From: Planctomycetota bacterium | Lineage (GTDB): Bacteria > Planctomycetota > UBA1135 > UBA2386 | Reading direction: 5' to 3' | Length of the DNA stretch: 64,000 nt | NCBI GenBank assembly: GCA_965228735.1 | Contig: OZ245838.1 | Coordinates: 320,001 to 384,000, forward strand | Part shown: in pieces, positions 9,400-22,148 of the stretch | Position numbering within the stretch: the stretch's first letter is position 1 | Layout of the letters: each line of letters starts with the position of its first letter | Made by a program: the position numbers and the translations under genes | Notes under the pieces: model-generated | Told to the model about the DNA's origin: nothing | Databases searched by the model: none | The model's input: only the letters and a program-made list of their open reading frames with translations

Positions 9400-11736
9400 T
9401 CAGCTCCTCCGCACCGAGACGTAACGGGCCATCGCGGCCTCGAACAGGACGAACAGCAAGGTCATCAGCAGCAGCGACGGGCCGATCTCGTTTCGATCCG
9501 GGTCGTCCGCGGCCTCGGCCACGGCCGGCAGCCCGGTCAGGACGCGTTCGAGGCCGGTGGCCTCCTTCACCTCGGAGTGCGGCGCGTACTGCAGATCGCC
9601 CTCGGCCGGGTCGACGTTCACGGCGAAGCTCGACGTCGCGGGTTCGCGGCCGCTCTCCTCGTCGAGCAGATACTCGAACGTGTAGAAGCCCGCGAAGCGC
9701 GTGTTGGACAGCGGGGGCAGCAGGAAGCGCCCGCCCGCGATCGGTCGCGGCTCTTCGGCCAGGGGCATCTTGCCGGAGCCGTCGCGCTCGGGGCGCTGGA
9801 CCTCGACGTCGAGCGGCCGCGCCGGGACGGAGCAGACGAGCTCGGCGCCGACCTGGACGTGGAACGGATCGAGCGCCGGCAGGGCGAGCCACTTCGCCAG
9901 GCCGTGCAGCACGAAGAACGCGACGGGCAGCTCGTGCAGCAGGTTCCAGCGCGCGGGGCGGAACTCCGAGGCCGGCGCCGAGGTCACGAACGCGATCTTG
10001 CCCTCGCGGTAGGTGTGGGCGACGACGAGCGGCGAGCGGTCGGCGTCGGTGAGGCGGGCAGCGACGACGGCGTCCGGATCGAGCGAGTCCTCGACGATCG
10101 CGAACCAGCGCCAGATCGGCACGGCCTGGAAGACCTCGCGGTAGATCTCCTCCTCGAATTCGCGGAAGACGCCGTGGTCGGGTGCCGTGATCACCGGCTT
10201 GCGCGGCACGGACGAGCCCTCGGGGCCGCCGCGCTGCCGGAACAGCCGGAACGGCTGCGGCCCCTGGCCCGATGGACCCGAGCCCGAGCTGTGCAGGTGC
10301 AGGTTGTAGCTCTCGGGATCGGTGTTGGGGCCGAACGTGACGAGCACGCCGCGGCCGGCGGCGAGCGCGCCGTCGATGAGCCTGGCCGCGCGATCGTTGA
10401 GTCGGTCGACGTCGGCCAGCACCGTGACATCGTACTCGGCGAGCGTCACCTGGCCGCTGAGCAGCGTCAGCGTGTCGACGGTGTGCACCGTGAACGTCGG
10501 CAGCGTCAGCGGGTCCGGGTCGAGAACGAGGCTGTAGAGGTGGCTGTAGGACTGCAGCGGATCCGAGCCCGGATCGCCGTCGACCACGAGCACCCGCACG
10601 CGCTCCCGGACCTCGACGGCGAGGAAGCGCTCGTCGTCGGCGGCGAGGCCGTCGGCGACGAGGCTGACGCGCACCAGGCGCGTGCCCGATTCGCGGAAGG
10701 TCACTTGGAACTCGGCCTCGCCCTCGGCACCGGCCGGCACCGTCACGATGCGCCGCATCGGTTCGCTGCCGTCGATCTCGAGCGTGACCTCGACGTTCTC
10801 CTCGACGTCACTCCGGTTCCGCAGTTGCGCGACGATCTCGACCGGGGTGCGCGCCACCGCGACGGGCTCCGTGAGCGCGAGATCCTGGATCTGCAGGTTG
10901 TCGATCGTGCCGCCGGTCTTCTGCTCGGCGAACGGGCCGACGTCGATCCAGTGCAGGGTCGCGCGGTCGAGCTGCTGCAGGCGGTCGATGACGTCACTCA
11001 CCGTGTCGACGAGGTCGGCGCCGACTTCGCCGCCGGGCGGGTCCGTGGTCGCGCTGCCGGCGGGGGGCTGCGGGCCGGCCTGGCTCGCGAAGGCTTCGCC
11101 GAACGCGCGCCGTTGCAGATCGGAGAACACGTAGACCTGCACGTCCGGATCGGCGTTCTGCTCGATCGCGTCGGCGACCTGCGACAGCGCGCCCGTGAGG
11201 TCCGCGGCGACGTCCTCGGGCCGCGTCATCGCGAACCACTGGCTGCGCGCCAGCGCGAGGTCGAGGTCGTCCTGCACGAGGAAGCGGGGGCGTTCGCCCG
11301 CGAACACGAGCGTGACCTTGCCGCTGCTCTGCTCGTCGGCTTCGAGGCGATCGAGCAGCCGGCCGATCAGGTCCCGCGCGCGCTCGAACGGACTCTGCGC
11401 GCCGTCCTGCGACAGGCCCATGCTGTAGGTGCCGTCGACGACGAGGACGTGGTGCACCGGGCCGCCACCGAACGCGAGACCCGCGACCGAGTCGAACACC
11501 GGGCGGGCGATCGCGAGCGCGAGCAGGATCGGGATCAGGCAGCGCAGGAGCAGCAGCAGCAGGTTCTCGTTCCTGAGCCGGTTGCGCTGCTTCTTGTAGG
11601 CGCGGAGCAGGAACTCCATCGCGGCCCACGGCCGGCGCTTGTGGCGCTGGCGGTTGAGCAGGTGGATGATCACCGGCACGGCGGTGAAGGCCGCCGCCGC
11701 GCCGAGCAGGAACATCGATCCGTTGAGCAGTCCCAC
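9400..11736 (-). CDS. BatA-domain / vWA-domain membrane protein
   Basis: N-terminal BatA motif 'PVIIHLLNR...WAAMEFL...LLLLLRCL...ARP'; vWA 'VVDGTYSM', 'VFSDLQ'; C-terminal TM. Confidence 0.85.
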   Translation of the reverse strand: MGLLNGSMFLLGAAAAFTAVPVIIHLLNRQRHKRRPWAAMEFLLRAYKKQRNRLRNENLLLLLLRCLIPILLALAIARPVFDSVAGLAFGGGPVHHVLVVDGTYSMGLSQDGAQSPFERARDLIGRLLDRLEADEQSSGKVTLVFAGERPRFLVQDDLDLALARSQWFAMTRPEDVAADLTGALSQVADAIEQNADPDVQVYVFSDLQRRAFGEAFASQAGPQPPAGSATTDPPGGEVGADLVDTVSDVIDRLQQLDRATLHWIDVGPFAEQKTGGTIDNLQIQDLALTEPVAVARTPVEIVAQLRNRSDVEENVEVTLEIDGSEPMRRIVTVPAGAEGEAEFQVTFRESGTRLVRVSLVADGLAADDERFLAVEVRERVRVLVVDGDPGSDPLQSYSHLYSLVLDPDPLTLPTFTVHTVDTLTLLSGQVTLAEYDVTVLADVDRLNDRAARLIDGALAAGRGVLVTFGPNTDPESYNLHLHSSGSGPSGQGPQPFRLFRQRGGPEGSSVPRKPVITAPDHGVFREFEEEIYREVFQAVPIWRWFAIVEDSLDPDAVVAARLTDADRSPLVVAHTYREGKIAFVTSAPASEFRPARWNLLHELPVAFFVLHGLAKWLALPALDPFHVQVGAELVCSVPARPLDVEVQRPERDGSGKMPLAEEPRPIAGGRFLLPPLSNTRFAGFYTFEYLLDEESGREPATSSFAVNVDPAEGDLQYAPHSEVKEATGLERVLTGLPAVAEAADDPDRNEIGPSLLLMTLLFVLFEAAMARYVSVRRS

Positions 11737-11739
11737 GCG

Positions 11740-12654
11740 CTACTTCCGACGCTTGGCGCGCGCGGCCCGGGAGCTCAGGTACTGCGTGAGCACGACGTCG
11801 AGCGGCGTGTCGTTCGTGACGCGGACGTAGTCGATGCGTTGGGCGAGGCAGCCTTTGCGGACCGTGTCGGCGAAACCCTCGATCTCCTCGAGATACGCCT
11901 CGCGCAGCGACTTCGGGTCGCACAGCAGCTCGGGCAGCTGCTCCATGCCCTCGAACAGCGTCATGCGTTCGAACGGGAACTCGACCTCATCGCGATCCAG
12001 GATGTGGAAGACGACGATGTCGTGGTTGCGACCGCGTAGCTCGCGCAGGCCCTTGAGCACTTCCTCCGGCTCGTCGAACAGGTCGCTGAAGATCATGACC
12101 ATGCCGCGTTGCCGCAGGTGGCTCGCGAGCTCCCGGAGCACGCCGCCGATTTTGGTCTTCTGCTCTCGCGCCTTGGCGCCCTCGAGCGCGCCGAACACGT
12201 TGCCGAGGCTGGCGCGCGTGTTCGACGGCGGCACCTGCGACACGATCTTGTCGTCGAACAGCGTCAGGCCGACCGCGTCGGCCTGCTGCTGGATCATGTA
12301 GGCCAGCGCCGCGCAGCCGGTCGCCGCGTAGTCGAACTTCGACATCGCGCCGTCGTGCGCGTAGTTCATCGACTCGCTCTGGTCGAGGAACAGGTGCGCG
12401 CGGAGGTTGGTCTCCTCCTCGTACTGCTTGATCACGAACCGGTCGGCCTTGCCGAAGATCTTCCAGTCCAGGTGGCGCAGGTCGTCACCGGGCACGTACT
12501 CCCGGTGCTGCGCGAACTCGACCGAGAAGCCGCGATACGGCGACTTGTGCATCCCGGTGACGAAACCCTCGACGACGAGCCGCGCCCGCAGCTCCAGCCG
12601 CGCGACCTTGTCGAGCACGCGCGGATCGAGGTAGTTGGTAGGAATCTCAGTCAT
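11740..12654 (-). CDS. DUF58 domain protein
   Basis: 'GFSVEFAQHREYVPGDDLRHLDWK', 'KQYEEETN', 'LDQSESM'; downstream of the MoxR gene. Confidence 0.92.
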   Translation of the reverse strand: MTEIPTNYLDPRVLDKVARLELRARLVVEGFVTGMHKSPYRGFSVEFAQHREYVPGDDLRHLDWKIFGKADRFVIKQYEEETNLRAHLFLDQSESMNYAHDGAMSKFDYAATGCAALAYMIQQQADAVGLTLFDDKIVSQVPPSNTRASLGNVFGALEGAKAREQKTKIGGVLRELASHLRQRGMVMIFSDLFDEPEEVLKGLRELRGRNHDIVVFHILDRDEVEFPFERMTLFEGMEQLPELLCDPKSLREAYLEEIEGFADTVRKGCLAQRIDYVRVTNDTPLDVVLTQYLSSRAARAKRRK

Positions 12655-12933
12655 GACAGCGGCCGCGCCAGCGCGCGCGGCGGAGAGACAAAGTCACCGG
12701 GTTCGTAGGTTCTCGATTCAAGCGCGGGGGGAGTTCGGTTCGGCAACTGCCCCGGTCCTCGGCGGCGAGGGCCTGATGCCACCCGATCCAGCGCGTCGCG
12801 CGTCGCGAGGCGAGCGCAGCTCGCCAAGCGAAGCCCCCCGCTGGTCGTGTGCCGGCCCCCGGGCTGATTCGCCCGAGTGGCCATCGGCCCGACCAGCGGA
12901 CAACGGCCGAGTGATGCGCCGCCTGGCGGCGCA

Positions 12934-13998
<1,065 letters not shown>

Positions 13999-14247
13999 CG
14001 TGTTTCTGTCTGGCGTCTGGGGTCTGTTGGGGTGGCCCGCCCGGGAGCGAACGGACTGGCCCTGGGGAACGGACCATAGCGCACCTACGTTCGGCCGTGG
14101 CCGGCGGTTGGTGTGTCAAATCCGGCTTTTTCGACCGCGTTTGGACGGGGCCGTCGGGAAGAACTGGGGGAAACTCTTCGAAAACGTGCCCGATTCGCGA
14201 GTCGTGGCCCGGCCGGCCAGCGGGGTCGGCCAGCCAACCAGCAGGTC

Positions 14248-14610
14248 CTACCGGCCGCCGGCATTCTGCCGGCCGTCCGTCGCGGGCTCGTCACCATCGT
14301 CGGCTTCCGACGCGTGGGCCTCGTAGAACTCCGCGACCGTGTAGCCTTTCTGATCGATCGCGACGAACAGGCTCTGCAGGTCGAGCGCGGCCGTCGCGTC
14401 GCCGCGCGCGCCGGCGAGGCGGGCGGTCTCGATCGCGTTGTCGTGCCGGCGGCGCAGGGTGTCGAGTTCGGCCTCGGCGTGGTCGAGCTCGCGGCGTTCT
14501 TCCAACGCCGGCAGCGTGTTGCCGAAGACGAGCGCCGCGGCAGCGAGGCAGCAAAGGCCCGCGATCCACAGGGGCAGCGTCGAGGTCGGATGCGCGTCGG
14601 GGTCGGCCAT
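14248..14610 (-). CDS. Small bitopic membrane protein with coiled coil, FtsB/DivIC-like architecture
   Basis: ATG 14610, 120 aa: short N-terminus, one TM (LPLWIAGLCCLAAAALVFG), heptad-like 'LEERRELDHAEAELDTLRRRH', acidic tail. Confidence 0.55.
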   Translation of the reverse strand: MADPDAHPTSTLPLWIAGLCCLAAAALVFGNTLPALEERRELDHAEAELDTLRRRHDNAIETARLAGARGDATAALDLQSLFVAIDQKGYTVAEFYEAHASEADDGDEPATDGRQNAGGR

Positions 14611-14714
14611 GGCGGAACGGTGGTCCGAATGTAGCTCGGCCGTCGGGGCGTCGCCAGCGTCGGTCCGCGGAGTTCTCGGGGCGCGTTCGTCGATCGGGGG
14701 CCAAACCGGCGGGC

Positions 14715-14738
14715 CTCGATCCACAAGGGTATCCTTGG
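14715..14738 (+). promoter_or_regulatory. Duplicated upstream motif CTCGAT-N9-TATCCT (copy 1; copy 2 at 15062-15085)
   Basis: GGTATCCTTGG at 14728-14738 and 15075-15085; CTCGAT at identical spacing ahead of both small paralogs. Confidence 0.55.
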
Positions 14739-14748
14739 CATCAATCCG

Positions 14749-14994
14749 ATGAGCAGTGACATGCGCGTGAGAGAAGTTCGCGACCTGGTCGACCGCCGCC
14801 CGTTCCGGCCGTTCCGGGTCTGGGTCTCGGACGGGTCCTCGCACGACGTGGCCGATCCCGGCCTCGTGCTCGTGACGAAGGACACGGTCTACTTCCTCGG
14901 CTACGAGGAGCCCGACGACGAGTTGCCGTCGGTGGAGCGGCTGCTCGACCCGATCCACATCACGCGCGTCGAGCGGCTGCGGACCGCGGATTGA
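14749..14994 (+). CDS. Small hypothetical protein (RPFxPFR..SDG motif), paralog 1
   Basis: 81-aa ORF (alternative start 14761); 49/71 residues identical to the next ORF by hand alignment. Confidence 0.75.
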   Translation: MSSDMRVREVRDLVDRRPFRPFRVWVSDGSSHDVADPGLVLVTKDTVYFLGYEEPDDELPSVERLLDPIHITRVERLRTAD

Positions 14995-15105
14995 CTGCGC
15001 GATGGCTGAATGCGGGTGGAGCTTCGCCTGTTCTGCAATTCCCCCCGCGGTTTCTGAAGCGCTCGATGCACCCAGGTATCCTTGGTTCGATTCAGTAGGT
15101 ACGCC

Positions 15106-15339
15106 ATGCGCTTGAAAGAAGTCCGTGATCTCGTGGAACGCCGGCCGTTCGAGCCGTTTCGCGTTTGCGTCTCCGATGGCTCGTCGTACGACGTCGTCGA
15201 TCCCGAGTTGCTCTGGCTCACCAAGAACACCCTGTACTTCATGCGTTACGAAGAGCCGGGCGACGAGCTTCCGGTGACGAAGCGCCTGGTCGACACCATG
15301 CACATCACGCGCGTTGAGGCGATCGGGCGCAGCGAATGA
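15106..15339 (+). CDS. Small hypothetical protein, paralog 2
   Basis: ATG 15106, MRLKEVRDLVERRPFEPFRVCVSDG...; colinear with paralog 1. Confidence 0.75.
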   Translation: MRLKEVRDLVERRPFEPFRVCVSDGSSYDVVDPELLWLTKNTLYFMRYEEPGDELPVTKRLVDTMHITRVEAIGRSE

Positions 15340-15364
15340 CCGGTGCCTCGGGCGCGTCGCCGGA

Positions 15365-16846
15365 CTACAGGTGTTTGGTGCTCAGCCCGCGGGCCGGATT
15401 GCGCGGCGTGCGCAGTGAACCGAGAAAATCGATGACGAGCTGCTGACGATGCAGCGGCAGCGCGGCGAACGCGTTCCTCGCCGCGAGGGCTTCGCCGCCG
15501 TGCATGAGAATCGCTTCGCGGAGCGTGAGAGCACGGCCGTCGTGCAGGTACGGCGCCGTGTCGGCGACGCCCCAGAGGCGGGCCGTGATGAACTCGCGAT
15601 CGAGCGGGTTGCCGGTCGTCTCCGCGAGATCCGGGCCCATGTCGTGGCGCTTGAGGTCGGAGAACATCGGCACGCGAATGCCGCCCGTCGCCGGGGCGGG
15701 GGTGAAGCCGGCGGCGGCGGTCACGAGGTCGACGGCGTAGTAGACGTTCGCGGCCGGGTCCTCCGGCACCTCGGGGAAGCTGTACGTCAGCAGTCGCGAG
15801 TTCGTGTTGATGTTCGGCGTGTGGCACTCGGCGCAGCCGATCGCGGCGAAGACCTGACGCCCGCGGCGGGCCCGCTGCGAGGTCGTGCGGACGGGTCGTT
15901 CGAGCGTCGTCGCGAAGATCGACAGCGCCGACAGTTCGCCGACGAAAACCTCGAGCGCGACGCCGTCGCCGTCGGCGTCCGCGGTGCCGACGACCTCGAC
16001 GGGTTGCATCCCGAAATGGAACTGCATGGCCTCGATGTCGAAGGCGCGCACGCTCAGGAACTCGCCCTTGCGTCCGAACGGCCGGACGACGAGGTCGTGG
16101 TCGACGCCCTCGACCTGCGACGTGTCGAATCCGCTCGGGGTCCACGTGATCGTGCCGAAGTCGACGCCCTTGGTGACGAGCTGGATCGCGGTGCCGGGCT
16201 GCGCCTTGGCCCGCGACTTGAGCATCTGCAGCTCGACCGTCATCTCCTTGGCAACGAGCTCGACTCCGCCCGAACCGAACAGGAACGGCGGGTTGATGAA
16301 GCGCCCGTTGAACGCGGCGAAGCCGTTGTTCTGCGAGTCGTCGACGTCGATCGCCGTCGGCAGCGCCATCGCGTTGTTGTTGCCCCCGCCCACGCCGCCG
16401 ATGCCGAATCGGAACGGCACCTCGGCGGCGCTCACGATCGAGTGGCATTCCATGCACGTCTGCGCGTCGAGCCCGTTCACGCGCAGGAACGCGCCCTGCT
16501 CGTCCTGCAGCGCGGGCCGGCCGCCCGGCAACGTCGTGTTCTGCGGATCGGTCGGGCCGTCGCCGTGACCGTCGAGTCGGTTGAATGGCGACGCGAACAT
16601 GCGCAGTCCGTGGTTCCGGATCTGCCGCAACGGCAACGAACCACTCTGGATCATCGCCTGCGTGATGCGCGGCGGCGTCAGAACCGGATTGCCACCCGGC
16701 GCCTGGGCCCAGGCCAGCGAAGACAGCCCGAGCGAAGACAGGGCGAGCGAAGACAGCGCGAGAGGCAGCGCGGCGCTGACGGTGCGGAGGGGGAGGGGGA
16801 GGAGCACGGTCTGGTTCGAGAGCGGAGGACGAGCGGATCGCGGCAT
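15365..16846 (-). CDS. Di-heme oxidoreductase family protein (DHOR/DUF1111-like), exported
   Basis: Two CXXCH motifs (CMECH, CAECH), 'FSDLKRHDMG', 'LWGVADTAPYLHDGRA', 'EAILMHGGEA'; GGAGA before ATG 16846. Confidence 0.85.
   Translation of the reverse strand: MPRSARPPLSNQTVLLPLPLRTVSAALPLALSSLALSSLGLSSLAWAQAPGGNPVLTPPRITQAMIQSGSLPLRQIRNHGLRMFASPFNRLDGHGDGPTDPQNTTLPGGRPALQDEQGAFLRVNGLDAQTCMECHSIVSAAEVPFRFGIGGVGGGNNNAMALPTAIDVDDSQNNGFAAFNGRFINPPFLFGSGGVELVAKEMTVELQMLKSRAKAQPGTAIQLVTKGVDFGTITWTPSGFDTSQVEGVDHDLVVRPFGRKGEFLSVRAFDIEAMQFHFGMQPVEVVGTADADGDGVALEVFVGELSALSIFATTLERPVRTTSQRARRGRQVFAAIGCAECHTPNINTNSRLLTYSFPEVPEDPAANVYYAVDLVTAAAGFTPAPATGGIRVPMFSDLKRHDMGPDLAETTGNPLDREFITARLWGVADTAPYLHDGRALTLREAILMHGGEALAARNAFAALPLHRQQLVIDFLGSLRTPRNPARGLSTKHL
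16716..16760. repeat. 3 x 15-bp tandem repeat in the DHOR signal-peptide coding region
   Basis: AGCGAAGACAG(C/G)(C/G)CG x3, encoding ALSSL-ALSSL-GLSSL on the minus strand. Confidence 0.8.
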
Positions 16847-17054
16847 CGGATTCTCCGCGCCGCGTCGCGATGATACCGGGCCGCGTCGGCCGCGGCATGA
16901 TGGCCCGTCCCGCACTTGCGTCGGAGCGTGCGTTGCAGCGCAGCGGCAGCCCGCCCGGCGCAACATGTGGTCGTCGCCGTCAGTTCGCCGCCGAGTCGGT
17001 CGAGAACGCTCCGCAGAACGCCCCGCAGAACGCGACGTTCGGCGTCTCGGAGCT

Positions 17055-18365
<1,311 letters not shown>

Positions 18366-19655
18366 TCAATCCAGCACGCGGGCGGACTCGACGGGGCCGC
18401 GCGCCGTGAGCATCGTCGAACCGACGACCTGGCCGTCGGCCTCGTCCAGCCGCAGGCGAAACGCGTCGTCCGGGAAGCGCAGCAGGTTCGGCGCGAGGAG
18501 TTCGAGTCGATGGCGCATCGTCGCGCCGTCGCGTTGGAACCAGAGCGCGCCGTCCTCGTGGTCGAGCTGCCAGCCGTCGAACCGGCGGGCCATCGCCGCG
18601 AGCTGCTGCTGCGGCAGCGTGAGTGGTTCGGCGAGCCCCTCGCGGTGCCAGCGGTAGCGCTCCGCGTCGGCGTCGCTGTCGGCGTTCTCGATGAGCCCGT
18701 CGAGCGCGAGCCGGTGCGCGCGCCGCAGCGCGTCGCCGGCCGCGACCTCGACGTCCGGCACGACGCCCGTGCCTTCCCAGTTGGTGCCGCTGATCGGGTT
18801 GATCGCGCGGCCCTGCGGGACCCACATCTCGAAGCGCTCGTCGAGCGGGCGGAGGCCGCCCGGGTGAGCGCCGCCGCCCGTGACCTCGCCGACGATCGTC
18901 GCGCGTCCGAGCTGCTGCAGGTCGTAGGTGAACTCCTCCGCGGCCGAGAACGTGCGGCCGCTCGTCAGCACGAACATCGGGCGCTCGGGTCGGCGCTTCC
19001 CCGGCACGTGCGGCAGCGTCCAGAACTGGTCGATCTGCTCCTTGCCGCGCCAGAAGAACGAGTTGAGGTGCGTCGGCCGGGCGAAGAAGTAGCTGCACAG
19101 CAGCTGGATCATCGTCGGGCTGCCGCCCGTGTTCTGGCGCAGGTCGATGACGAGAGCGTCGGTGTTCTGCAGGAACCGCATCGCCGCGGTCGCCGCGTCG
19201 CCGGCCTGCTCGGCGGGCGCGAATCGCCGCAGGTCGAGGTAGCCGACGTTGCCGCCGAGGATCCGGACCTCGCGAAAGCCGAAGTTGTCGGCGTCGGGCC
19301 GCGGAGCGCGCTGGCGCGGCCGCCCCGCACCGCCGCTGCGTCGTTGGCGGATGCGCAGGTGCTTGTCCACGGTCACCGAGTGCAGATCCTGCGTCAGCGC
19401 GCGCGCGAACGCGTCAGGCTCGACGATCGCGTCGTAGGCGCCTTCCTGCAGCCGGGTGCGCAGCAGGGTCGCACACTCGGCCGCCTTCTCGGGAAAGACG
19501 TAGCGTTCCTCGAGCATCGCGATCGCGGCGTCGACCGTGGCGGCGCGGCCCTTGGCGTCGAGGCTCGGGGCGTCGAGTTCGGGAGTCGCGGATTGGGCGA
19601 GGAGGGTCGAAGCGAGCGCGATGGCGAGTGAGATCCGAACGACCGATCGTGGCAT
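18366..19655 (-). CDS. S41-family peptidase (IRBP/tail-specific-like), exported
   Basis: 'NVGYL', 'IDLRQNTGG', 'TFSAAEEF', 'VGEVTGGGAHP', 'NWEGTGVVPD'; signal peptide from ATG 19655. Confidence 0.9.
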   Translation of the reverse strand: MPRSVVRISLAIALASTLLAQSATPELDAPSLDAKGRAATVDAAIAMLEERYVFPEKAAECATLLRTRLQEGAYDAIVEPDAFARALTQDLHSVTVDKHLRIRQRRSGGAGRPRQRAPRPDADNFGFREVRILGGNVGYLDLRRFAPAEQAGDAATAAMRFLQNTDALVIDLRQNTGGSPTMIQLLCSYFFARPTHLNSFFWRGKEQIDQFWTLPHVPGKRRPERPMFVLTSGRTFSAAEEFTYDLQQLGRATIVGEVTGGGAHPGGLRPLDERFEMWVPQGRAINPISGTNWEGTGVVPDVEVAAGDALRRAHRLALDGLIENADSDADAERYRWHREGLAEPLTLPQQQLAAMARRFDGWQLDHEDGALWFQRDGATMRHRLELLAPNLLRFPDDAFRLRLDEADGQVVGSTMLTARGPVESARVLD

Positions 19656-20544
19656 GGCGGGACCAATACGCACGACAATCGAAACTCGCGAGATGGCGGT
19701 ACCGAACCCTTGCGCCAGGCGAAGCCTGGACGGGAGAAATCATGACCTGACAGGAATGAGAACCCCGTATTGGAGTCCCGCGGGTGACGAAACCCGCCCG
19801 GCGAAGGCTAGCCACCAGCCGGAAGCGAGTCTTGCGTGGCGACCGGGTAACCGCCGCTGCGAAGCGTAGACAGCGAGGATGTGGGCGGCGCGACTGAGCC
19901 CCGAAAGTACCGACAGCGAGAGAGCCGACGTGGTGGGTTCATCGGAAGGCAACATGGAAGGGCCGCAACCGGCTTGGCCCGGAAGTCTCTCCGGGGTCCT
20001 GAGAACGACCGCACGCATCCATCGGACTCCCCAGGAACCTGGGATCCCCTCGATTGGTCCGATCGTCAACTCCGGCTGGGGCCCGGAAACCAACTCTCCA
20101 GGGCCGCGACGTCGTGTCCGCGTCGGTGCCGTCAAGGAATCCGGACACACGGCCGGTACCGCCGAGCGAAGGAAACGAAGCGACGCGGGACGCCAACGAG
20201 GGAGTCGGAGTGCGTCATAGTACCAAAGAGTCCGGGGAACCCGCCCCACGGGGACCCGGCGGAGGGAAGGGCGTCACCGGCGACAAGGAACCGCTGGACG
20301 GACCGACCACGGAGACGACGGGCTCCGAGCAGGTCTCCACGAAACTCCGGCGGGTAGCGGAGCTGGCGAGGCAGCGACCAGACCTGGTCCTGACCACACT
20401 GGCACACCACATGGACATCGCGCTTCTGCGGGAGGCGTATCGCCGCACGCAGAAGTCCAAAGCTCCTGGTGTCGACGGCGTCACGGCTCGCGACTGAACC
20501 GCCCCGGGTTTCTCGGAGGCTCCCAGACGTGAGAGGATGTAGCG

Positions 20545-21770
<1,226 letters not shown>

Positions 21771-22148
21771 CCGAGCCTCCGGAGAACCCGGGGCGGTTCA
21801 CGACTACGAGCAGGATCTCGAGGGCAACCTCGCGGACCTGCACGAACGCGCGAAGTCAGGGCGCTATCGCGCACCACCGGTCCGGCGCGTGCACATCCCG
21901 AAAGGGAAGGGTGGCACGCGTCCAATCGGAGTGCCGACGCTGGAGGACAAGGTCTTGCAGCGGGCGGTGACGCAAGTGATGGAGGCGGTATATGAGCAGG
22001 ACTTCTTGGACTGCTCGCACGGCTTCCGTCCCGGTCGCTCGCCGCACACGGCACTGGAATCGCTTTGGAAGCATGCGATGTCGATGGGTGGCGGCTGGCT
22101 GTTGGAAGTCGACATCCAAGGTTTCTTCGACAACCTGGAGCCGACCCA

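Noticed and set aside
8020..12039. Long ORF-track frames such as 40-2148+, 8020-12039+, 51067-54339+, 24204-26603- and 55780-57735-
   Set aside because: Antisense shadows of motif-bearing genes, expected in high-GC DNA; no recognisable motifs
14073..14119. Sigma70 promoter for moxR from TTGACA (14119-14114) and TATGGT (14078-14073) on the minus strand
   Set aside because: Spacing is 35 nt rather than about 17, so they cannot form one promoter
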